A DNA stretch of 32,000 bases, taken from assembly GCF_000341895.1 (NCBI RefSeq), contig NC_020409.1:2400001-2432000 (forward strand), written 5' to 3'. Numbering within the stretch: position 1 is the first letter of the stretch; each line of letters opens with the position of its first letter. The stretch comes from Pseudodesulfovibrio piezophilus C1TLV30 (lineage in GTDB: Bacteria > Desulfobacterota > Desulfovibrionia > Desulfovibrionales > Desulfovibrionaceae). A program made the translations under genes and the position numbers. Positions 9,955 through 16,987 of the stretch are shown here, in pieces. The notes beneath the pieces are model-generated. The model searched no databases and was not told the DNA's origin. It was given only the letters and a program-made list of their open reading frames with translations.

Positions 9955-11964
9955 CTAGACCATGTCCAGAACGGTTTCCATCATGGTTCTGGTGACGGTG
10001 ATGATTTCTGCCGCGGCCTGGTATGCCTGTTGATACTTGGTGAGATCGATCAGTTCCTCATCCACGCTGACTTCGCTGGCAGAGGCCTGTTGTTCATAAA
10101 GATATTCGGCTGATGTGGAGGCATAGGTCGCTTTCAGTTCAGCGGAAGATGCGGCGGAACCGACGCTGGAGACGATGCCTGACAGATAGCCTGCTATGGT
10201 TGTCTGCTGATCGCCGACCGTGACGGCTTCCGTGGACAGGGAATAGATGGCAGAGGCCACGGTGTTGTCACCCGAGACCACAGACCCGTCACTACTCACG
10301 ACTCCCGCATTGATATGGGAGGGGTCATCGGCCACATAACTATCCAGTGAGATGGTCGATGCATCCGTGCCCGTGAAGTATGTATTGACGCCGAGGGCTG
10401 CCATGAGATTGGTGGAGTCGCCCGCTATTTCAAACGTCATGTCCGTGTCGGACGACAGTTGTATGAAGCCATCCGCATCGACTGAAGCAGTGAGTTCGCC
10501 GCCGAAAGCGGTGTTGATGTCGGCAATGATATCGTCCAGCGAATCCGTGGATGCATCATAGCTGATAATGGCTGAGGTGGAGACTTCGCCATCCGAATCG
10601 TAGGTGATCAATTCCAGGTCGCCGGATTCTATCTTGTCTGCGAAATCCAGGCCGCTATTAGAGAGCAGGGCGGAAGAATCTTCCACTGCATAGCTGCCGG
10701 TGAGTCCGGTGTGCCCTTCCAGTCCTGCGCCTGTGGCGTGGGCGGAGTTGACTTCCCAGATGATTGCTTCGGCAAAATCATCAAGGGCGTCCATGGTTTC
10801 ACTGACCGCATCGTCGCGGGTGGTATAGAGTCCGGCCAGGGTACCGCTGGCGACTCTGCCGGAGACATCGTCACCGCTTTCATCGGTCAGCGGAGTGATA
10901 TTGACCTCAGTCCCGTCTGCTTTTTCGTAATACAGACCGGTTTTGGCAACGACACTATATCGGTCGCCCACTTCATGGTCGCCAGAGCCGTCAAACCAGA
11001 TCTCCACCCCTTCGATTTCCACGGAACCGCTTTCATCATCGGCAGTATAGAGCATAGTGTCGCCATTCTCATCTTCGACCCAGGTCGAGCCGCCGTCGAG
11101 GGAAACTTTGAACTGTGCCGTGCCGTCTGTTCCCGAGGAGACGAATTCCAGTAGAATCTCTTCGCTCGAATCCCCTGAATATTGGATTTCCCCGTCATAG
11201 GTGGATGTATCCATGAGTGATTCGGTGGTTCGCTCCGATCCATAGGTGAGGTAATGAGTTTCAGTCCCGTCTACCAAGTTGTAACCCTCCTCGGTCAGGA
11301 CCGTGACCTGGCCATTTGACTGTTCAATGGTATCGACTCCGAGGATGTCGTTCAGGTCCCGGATCATCTGGGTTCGATCCGAGATGAGCTGGTTGTCATC
11401 CGGGTTGGCAGCGATGGCTTCGTTGGCTGCAGCAATGTCGTCGATGAGCTGGTTGGCAGCATCCACTTCGCTCTGGATTTCCGTATTGATCGAGTCCACG
11501 GCGTTTTGGAGTTCTTCCTGGGTGGAAGTGATGCCGTAGATAAGGCTTTCGGTATCACCGAGCAGGGCTTCGCGTGCCGACAGGGAGTCGGGATCAGTCA
11601 CGAGTTCGTTCCATGAATCCCAGAATTCGGACAAGGTGTCGTTGAGGCCGCCGTCCGTCTGGTCCAGCAGGGAGTCGAGTTGAGAGAGGTAGGTCAATGA
11701 GGAATTGTACCGTGTCAGATCGGCGGATGCGTCAAGATATTGTGCCTCCACATATTTATCCAATTGGGATTGGATGGATGTGATCTCGGCTCCTGTACCG
11801 ACGGTCAATCCATACAGGGTGATGGAATCCCCTGTTTCGTATGTGACACTCGTCCGCTGGTAGCCTGCGGTATCCGCGTTCGCAATGTTGTTCGATGCAT
11901 TGGCAATCGAAACCTGGGCATTGTTCAGCGCGTTGAGTCCGAGATTATAGAGGTTGTTGATCAT
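9955..11964 (-). CDS. flgK: Flagellar hook-associated protein FlgK (HAP1)
   Basis: The N-terminus is MINNLYNLGLNALNNAQVSIANASNNIANADTAGYQR. The C-terminus is EELIDLTKYQQAYQAAAEIITVTRTMMETVLDM. A GGAGG RBS is present. Confidence 0.92.
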   Translation of the reverse strand: MINNLYNLGLNALNNAQVSIANASNNIANADTAGYQRTSVTYETGDSITLYGLTVGTGAEITSIQSQLDKYVEAQYLDASADLTRYNSSLTYLSQLDSLLDQTDGGLNDTLSEFWDSWNELVTDPDSLSAREALLGDTESLIYGITSTQEELQNAVDSINTEIQSEVDAANQLIDDIAAANEAIAANPDDNQLISDRTQMIRDLNDILGVDTIEQSNGQVTVLTEEGYNLVDGTETHYLTYGSERTTESLMDTSTYDGEIQYSGDSSEEILLEFVSSGTDGTAQFKVSLDGGSTWVEDENGDTMLYTADDESGSVEIEGVEIWFDGSGDHEVGDRYSVVAKTGLYYEKADGTEVNITPLTDESGDDVSGRVASGTLAGLYTTRDDAVSETMDALDDFAEAIIWEVNSAHATGAGLEGHTGLTGSYAVEDSSALLSNSGLDFADKIESGDLELITYDSDGEVSTSAIISYDASTDSLDDIIADINTAFGGELTASVDADGFIQLSSDTDMTFEIAGDSTNLMAALGVNTYFTGTDASTISLDSYVADDPSHINAGVVSSDGSVVSGDNTVASAIYSLSTEAVTVGDQQTTIAGYLSGIVSSVGSAASSAELKATYASTSAEYLYEQQASASEVSVDEELIDLTKYQQAYQAAAEIITVTRTMMETVLDMV

Positions 11965-11989
11965 GACGATCCTCCGTTCAGCCTATCGA

Positions 11990-13540
11990 TTATCGCTTCA
12001 TGCTGATGACTGTGGACAACAGGGTGTCTGCCGTAGTCACGATCTTCGAGTTGGCCTGGTAGGCAGCCTGAATGATGATCAGGTTTGTCAGCTCGGTGGC
12101 CGTGTCCACGTTGGACATTTCCAGGGAATTGGAAGCAAGGGTCCCGAATGAGGACGAGCCTGCGGTGCCGATGAATGCTTGTCCGGATTCCGCTGTGGCG
12201 GAATACAGGTTGCCACCCTCGGCGTTGAGCCCCTGCGTATTGGTGAAGTCTGCCAGGGCAAAGGAATAGAGATCCTGGGTCTGGCCATTGGAGTAGGAAC
12301 CTGACAAGACGCCATTCTCGTCGATGCCGACATCAAGGAGTACGCCCGGAGCGTATCCGTCCTGAGTCAGTGTGTAGGTCGCAGAGCTGGAAGTTGTGCT
12401 TGTGGTGGCCCCTGTGGCCAGGACGCTTGTATTGAAAGAGGGGAGGTCGGCCGTGGTCGTGGTGGTACTCATATCGTCAAGCGAATCAATTCCGCCCGAG
12501 GTATCCCAGCCCGTTCCCGTGGCGTAATCCGAATTGGATATTCCCAGGTCGAGTGAAATGACCTGATCCTCGTCTGCGCCGGTGAAGTTTGCGGAAAATA
12601 CCGGGAGACCGTCGTTGTCGAATTCAGCCAGTACCCAGTTTTCCTCGGCCATGGGGTCTGTAGTGTCCGTGGGAGTATCTGAGAGGGTGAATGCGGTCAT
12701 GGATGTCATGTCGCCGGACGTGCTGAAAGTGATGGTTCCGGCCATGAGCAGTCCCGCACCGCTGGTGGTGCTCATCTCCGTACCTTCAAAGTCGCGCATG
12801 TCTTCACTGGCATCACATGTCACCAGATATTCCCAGGCAATGGTTCCGTCATCGGTCTCGACCGGGTCGAAATAGACTGTGATATCATGGGCCGCACCAT
12901 TTTCGTCGTAGACGGTCATGCTGGAGGAATATGCGTAGCGCGAATCTTCCAGTGCGGTATCGGCGGTGCCGTCATAGATATTGAAGAGTGATGCGTATGG
13001 GTTCGTGGATGATGTCGTGTTGTCGTCTGACGTGGAATCCAGGTTCAGGGAGAATGCCATTTCAGAAGTCGCCTGGGGCGGAGATTGGGAAGAATCGAGC
13101 TGTATGTCCGTGAGTGCGCCCGAAGCCGATCCGTCATCCATGGCCCAGCCCTGGACATGGTTTCCGCTGGAGTCAACCAGGTAGCCTTCGGTATCAAAAG
13201 TGAAGTTACCATCACGGGTGTAGTAGGTATTGCCTGTGTCCGGGTCCACGACGATGAAGAATCCCTCTCCATTTACGGCGACATCGGTGGCAGAGTTGGT
13301 GGATTCGTATGAACCCTGCGAGTAGTCGGTGTTGACCGAGGAAACTGTGACACCATTCCCGACCTGGTCTGCGCTGCCTCCGGCGTAGACCGTGCTGTAA
13401 AAGACATCCTCAAAAGTGATGGAGGAGCTTTTGTAGCCGGTGGTACTGGAGTTGGCGAGGTTGTTACTGACCACCGAGGTGGCCTCACTCTGGGCGTGAA
13501 GACCGGAGATTCCGGCGTACATTGATCCTGTGATACTCAT
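11990..13540 (-). CDS. flgE: Flagellar hook protein FlgE
   Basis: The N-terminus is MYAGISGLHAQSEATSVVSNNLANSSTTGYK. The C-terminus is LEMSNVDTATELTNLIIIQAAYQANSKIVTTADTLL. An AAGGAG RBS is present. Confidence 0.92.
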   Translation of the reverse strand: MSITGSMYAGISGLHAQSEATSVVSNNLANSSTTGYKSSSITFEDVFYSTVYAGGSADQVGNGVTVSSVNTDYSQGSYESTNSATDVAVNGEGFFIVVDPDTGNTYYTRDGNFTFDTEGYLVDSSGNHVQGWAMDDGSASGALTDIQLDSSQSPPQATSEMAFSLNLDSTSDDNTTSSTNPYASLFNIYDGTADTALEDSRYAYSSSMTVYDENGAAHDITVYFDPVETDDGTIAWEYLVTCDASEDMRDFEGTEMSTTSGAGLLMAGTITFSTSGDMTSMTAFTLSDTPTDTTDPMAEENWVLAEFDNDGLPVFSANFTGADEDQVISLDLGISNSDYATGTGWDTSGGIDSLDDMSTTTTTADLPSFNTSVLATGATTSTTSSSATYTLTQDGYAPGVLLDVGIDENGVLSGSYSNGQTQDLYSFALADFTNTQGLNAEGGNLYSATAESGQAFIGTAGSSSFGTLASNSLEMSNVDTATELTNLIIIQAAYQANSKIVTTADTLLSTVISMKR

Positions 13541-13566
13541 GTCGTTCTCCTTGCGGGTGGTTGGGG

Positions 13567-14247
13567 TTAGGACGTGGCGTAGGTGACGTTCAGCATGTTC
13601 ACGGTACGGCCGTCTTCCAGGGTCAGAATGACGCCGTCGTCCGTGTTGCTGAGGCCCGAAACCGTTCCGGTAGTGGTCGTTGTGACATCAATGGTGTCGC
13701 CTTCGCTGTTCTCACCGGTCATGATGACGTAGTAGTAACCGTCATCCACATCTTCGCCGTCAGAGTCGGTTCCGTCCCAATCCAGTTCATAGGACCCCGC
13801 ATCCACATTGGAGTAAGTCAGGGTCTGGACAATGTTGCCGCTTGAATCGTAGATGTCGGCGGTCAGTGTCTCGGCATCTTCGGTGGTTTCGAAATAAAGG
13901 TCGGAGAGGTCTTCGCCGGACTTGCTGAGTGTGTAACCTTCGGCTGTGACTTCCATGCCGATGTAATTGAGGGCGGTGGTCATGCTGGCCGAGGAGATTG
14001 TCTCCGTCATGCTTTCCAATTGGTCATTCATCTCGGTGAGCTGCTCCAGCTGGGAGTACTGGGTCATCTGGTCGACCATCTGCGAGTTGTCCACAGGCTC
14101 GGTCGGGTCCTGATATTCCAGTTCAGCCAGGAGCAACGTGATGAAATCATCAGAGGTCAACGACGTGCTGGAGTCACTGGTGGTTGTGGTGGTCTCCGTG
14201 GTCGCCGTGGTCAGCGAATCATAATAGCTGGTGGTTTCGACGGTCAT
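13567..14247 (-). CDS. flgD: Flagellar hook assembly/capping protein FlgD
   Basis: DFITLLLAELEYQDPTEPVDNSQMVDQMTQYSQLEQL is the conserved FlgD N-terminal motif. It is followed by a FlgD Ig-like/FLgD_tudor-type beta-rich domain. The ATG overlaps the upstream sigma gene stop (ATGA). Confidence 0.92.
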   Translation of the reverse strand: MTVETTSYYDSLTTATTETTTTTSDSSTSLTSDDFITLLLAELEYQDPTEPVDNSQMVDQMTQYSQLEQLTEMNDQLESMTETISSASMTTALNYIGMEVTAEGYTLSKSGEDLSDLYFETTEDAETLTADIYDSSGNIVQTLTYSNVDAGSYELDWDGTDSDGEDVDDGYYYVIMTGENSEGDTIDVTTTTTGTVSGLSNTDDGVILTLEDGRTVNMLNVTYATS

Positions 14248-14843
14248 GAGACTTTCCTCCTCGTCTCTGTGGTGTCTTGAGCTGTTTCAGGTTTCTGCTG
14301 ATCAGGGGACGTTGATGCTGCCCCGTAGTGTTCACGCAGCCTGGCCAGAGCCTGGAACTTGATGCTGCGAACTGTCCTGCTGGTAATGTTCAGGGCGGAC
14401 GCTATTTCACTTGTGACCATTCCATCCTTGAAGAAGAGGGTGATCACTTCAGCTTGCCTTTCAGTCAGCACATCTGCCGGAAGGCTGAAAAGAGTCGCAT
14501 CAACGCTTCCTTCAGTTTCGAGGGCACCGGCATCACCAAGTATTTCGTCCATGAAACGCATCTTCTTTCTGTAAAAGTCGATGACAGTGGTGCGGCAGAT
14601 GATGTTCAACCATGTTATGAAAGAGCTTTTTTCCCGGTCATACTTTGACAAGTAGTCGTTCTTAAAAATTTTGAGCGCAATGTCCTGGTAGATGTCGTCA
14701 ACTTCAGTGTTGTTTAGGCGAATATTCTTTACCTTGATGAAGTTGTTGATGAGCTTGAAGATCAGTTTTGAGTGCTCTTTGAATAAAACATCATATGTGA
14801 TTCCATCTGATGTTCTTTGTGATTCAATTAATGTGTTACTCAT
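14244..14843 (-). CDS. ECF-type (group 4) sigma-70 family RNA polymerase sigma factor, first gene of the hook/HAP operon
   Basis: Region 2 reads DIYQDIALKIFKNDYLSKYDREKSSFITWLNIICRTTVIDFYRKK. The region 4 HTH reads LTERQAEVITLFFKDGMVTSEIASALNITSRTVRSIKFQALARLRE. At 199 aa there is no room for region 3. I place the start at ATG 14843, preceded by AGGAGG. The listed ORF start at 14933 lies upstream of the predicted promoter. Confidence 0.85.
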   Translation of the reverse strand: MSNTLIESQRTSDGITYDVLFKEHSKLIFKLINNFIKVKNIRLNNTEVDDIYQDIALKIFKNDYLSKYDREKSSFITWLNIICRTTVIDFYRKKMRFMDEILGDAGALETEGSVDATLFSLPADVLTERQAEVITLFFKDGMVTSEIASALNITSRTVRSIKFQALARLREHYGAASTSPDQQKPETAQDTTETRRKVS

Positions 14844-14867
14844 TTTCGACCTCCTGCATTGAAAATG

Positions 14868-14883
14868 AGCAAGGTGCATACCT
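14868..14883 (-). promoter_or_regulatory. Candidate sigma54 (-24/-12) promoter of the sigma-flgDEKL-fliD operon
   Basis: The minus strand reads aGGTATGcaccTTGCTc, against the consensus TGGCACG-N4-TTGCW. The GG-N10-GC spacing is exact. The element lies about 25 nt upstream of ATG 14843. Confidence 0.5.
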
Positions 14884-15111
14884 GTTCGCATTAGCGTTGC
14901 ATTAATTATTGTTAGCAAAACTGTTGAGAACATTGACGGAGACTTCGTTTTATGAAGACCCTTCTGAATGTCGATGAGCGAAGTTTAATAAAACTTAATG
15001 AAGAGAGGGTGTTGTCCGAGGTGTCTGAAGAAGATGAAAAGTGCAGGGCATTTTTTTCCCTCTCAAGTGAAAAAAAATGAAACTTGATCGTGAATCCAAG
15101 CGATTACATTA

Positions 15112-15152
15112 GAAGAGGCCAGCCAGGGACGGGTCCGAGGCCGGCCTTCTTC
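15112..15152 (-). terminator. Candidate terminator hairpin downstream of fliC
   Basis: A GC-rich imperfect inverted repeat, gaagaggccagcc ... ggccggccttcttc, lies 25 nt past the fliC stop. The U-tract is poor, so strength is uncertain. Confidence 0.4.
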
Positions 15153-15176
15153 GTTCAAGTTTTGTCCTGTGATCGT

Positions 15177-16031
15177 TTAGCCGATCAGAGAGAGGGCCAT
15201 CTGAGGCAGTGAGTTTGCCTGTGACAGCATGGACACGGCGGACTGCGTGATAATCTGCTGCTTGGTGTACTCTGTCATCTCAGTGGCAACGTCTACGTCA
15301 GAGATCTGGGATTCTGCGGCCTGCAGGTTCTCTGCCTGGATTTCCAGGTTGGAGACGGTCGCGGAAAGCCTGTTTTGCATGGCGCCGAGATTGGCACGGA
15401 CCTTATCCTTGGAAACAATGGCGGCATCCAGGGCTTCGAGCGAGGCCTCAGCCAGTTCCTGGGTGGAGACCGTTGCACCGGCACCGGTTCCGGATCCCAA
15501 TCCGAGGCCGAGGGCAGAAGCCGTGCAGGTATCGACAGAGATGTCGTACTTGTCTTCCGCCTCGTCGTTACCGGTTCCGAAGTGAATGGTCACTCCATCG
15601 CCGGACAGGTTACCGTTGAGCAGGTAAATCCCGTTGAAGTCCGTGGCGTTGGCGATACGGGTAATCTCCGAAGCCATTGCCTGGTACTCGGAATCGATGA
15701 TCAGGCGCTGGTCAGAGGTGTATGTACCGGTGGCCGCCTGTTCTGCCAGTTCCTTCATGCGAATGAGCTTTTCATCAACCACGGAAAGTGCTCCGTCCGC
15801 GGTCTGGATCATGGAAATACCATCGTTGGCATTCCTGACCCCCTGGTTGATGGTCGAAACATCCGAGCGCATGAGCTCGCGTACCGCCAGACCTGCAGCA
15901 TCGTCTGATGCGCTGTTGACGCGAAGGCCTGAAGACAGACGTTCGGTGGACGTACTCAAAGCGCTGTAAGACGTGTTGAGGTTACGAGCGGCGGTGTTTG
16001 CCATTAAGTTGTTGTTAACTACGAGTGACAT
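15177..16031 (-). CDS. fliC: Flagellin, short 284-aa form lacking large D2/D3 domains
   Basis: The N-terminus is MSLVVNNNLMANTAARNLNTSYSALSTSTERLSSGLRVNSASDDAAGLAV. The C-terminus is NRLSATVSNLEIQAENLQAAESQISDVDVATEMTEYTKQQIITQSAVSMLSQANSLPQ. An AAGGAGG RBS is present. Confidence 0.93.
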   Translation of the reverse strand: MSLVVNNNLMANTAARNLNTSYSALSTSTERLSSGLRVNSASDDAAGLAVRELMRSDVSTINQGVRNANDGISMIQTADGALSVVDEKLIRMKELAEQAATGTYTSDQRLIIDSEYQAMASEITRIANATDFNGIYLLNGNLSGDGVTIHFGTGNDEAEDKYDISVDTCTASALGLGLGSGTGAGATVSTQELAEASLEALDAAIVSKDKVRANLGAMQNRLSATVSNLEIQAENLQAAESQISDVDVATEMTEYTKQQIITQSAVSMLSQANSLPQMALSLIG

Positions 16032-16036
16032 GATTT

Positions 16037-16065
16037 CCTCCTTGAAGGGTTATGCTTCCTTGCAT
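16037..16065 (-). promoter_or_regulatory. Candidate CsrA-binding sites in the fliC leader (GGA hairpin plus GGA in the SD)
   Basis: The minus strand reads AUGCAAGGAAGCAU (16052-16065). This is a 4-bp stem presenting AAGGAA in a hexaloop. A second GGA lies in the SD AAGGAGG (16037-16043). Confidence 0.35.
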
Positions 16066-16126
16066 TTTCTTCATTCACATCGAACAAAGAACCTATCTGC
16101 ACACTTATACGGAGGAGGACACACAA

Positions 16127-16151
16127 AACGTTTATGTAGGAAAAAAGTTCC
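16127..16151 (-). promoter_or_regulatory. Candidate ECF-type promoter (GGAAC-N16-CGTT) upstream of fliC
   Basis: The minus strand reads caGGGAACttttttcctacataaaCGTTttg, about 95 nt upstream of the fliC ATG. This is a pattern match only. Confidence 0.25.
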
Positions 16152-16288
16152 CTGCATGAAACTTGCATTAAAAACTTAGTCTGATGCAGTGAAAATTAAT
16201 GTTTCTTAATGCAATTAATAAAAATTAACATTAAATTCGTTCCACAGTGTGTTCTTAACATTTACAGTATTTGTAAAAGGAGAAAGTA

Positions 16289-16987
16289 ATGAATGAACTT
16301 CTGCTCATTGATGATGATCCTGAGTTGGCTGAACTTTTGAGTTCATATCTTGACGGAGAAGGCTTCAGTCTGGATGCTGCCACAACGGGTGATGCCGGAT
16401 TGAAGAAGGCCGAAGAAGGAGATTATGAACTCATTCTTCTTGATGTCATGCTTCCGGATACGAGCGGGTTCAATGTGCTGACCCAGTTACGTGCCATCTC
16501 CAATGTCCCGGTCATCATGCTGACAGGACGGGGGGAAGAGATTGACAGGGTCGTCGGTTTGGAAATGGGGGCGGATGATTACGTCTCGAAACCGTTCCAA
16601 CTGCGCGAACTGCTGGCCCGGACACGGGCTGTGCTGCGGCGGTATTCTCCTCATCTCGCAGAGGATGATGAAGTCAAATCCGTCTCCCCCAAAAAGAAAG
16701 TCGAGCTTGGTGATTTGGTCATAGACCGCAATGCCCGGCACATGACTATAGAAGGAAGCCCGGTTCATTTGACTTCCACTGAATATGATATCTTGGAAAT
16801 GCTTGCCTTGAACAGGGGGAGCGTGGTCGAACGCAACAATCTCATGGAGAGGGCGCTTGGGCGTGGTGAGGACTTCGATGACTATGTCCTCAACGTACAC
16901 ATGAGCAACCTTCGTAAAAAATTGGGTAATAATGTCAGCATCAAGACCATTCGTGGTCGGGGGTATTTGCTTGCAGTTCCACAGTAA
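16289..16987 (+). CDS. OmpR/PhoB-family response regulator (REC plus winged-helix DNA-binding domain)
   Basis: The REC domain reads LLIDDDPELAELL...ELILLDVMLPDTSGF...DDYVSKPF. The Trans_reg_C domain reads LTSTEYDILEMLALNRGSVVERNNL...VHMSNLRKKL...IKTIRGRGYLL. An AAGGAG RBS is present. Confidence 0.92.
   Translation: MNELLLIDDDPELAELLSSYLDGEGFSLDAATTGDAGLKKAEEGDYELILLDVMLPDTSGFNVLTQLRAISNVPVIMLTGRGEEIDRVVGLEMGADDYVSKPFQLRELLARTRAVLRRYSPHLAEDDEVKSVSPKKKVELGDLVIDRNARHMTIEGSPVHLTSTEYDILEMLALNRGSVVERNNLMERALGRGEDFDDYVLNVHMSNLRKKLGNNVSIKTIRGRGYLLAVPQ

Noticed and set aside
14952-15080. 42-codon plus-strand ORF (MKTLLNVDERSLIKLNEERVLSEVSEEDEKCRAFFSLSSEKK) between fliC and the sigma gene
   Set aside because: It is short, runs opposite to both neighbours, has only a weak GGAG upstream and shows no recognisable family. 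I cannot distinguish it from chance.
15229-15969. Plus-strand ORFs inside fliC (118, 177 and 111 aa), and similar plus-strand ORFs inside flgE, flgK, flgL and fliD
   Set aside because: They are antisense to unmistakable flagellar genes. Their Ser/Val/Ala/Arg-rich translations mirror the acidic Asp/Glu/Thr codons of the true frames.
16105-16134. Sigma28 (FliA) promoter reading upstream of fliC: TAAA ... CCGTATAA
   Set aside because: The spacer is about 18 nt instead of 15, and the -10 matches only about 5 of 8 positions of GCCGATAA. I keep it only as a competing hypothesis in the fliC leader finding.
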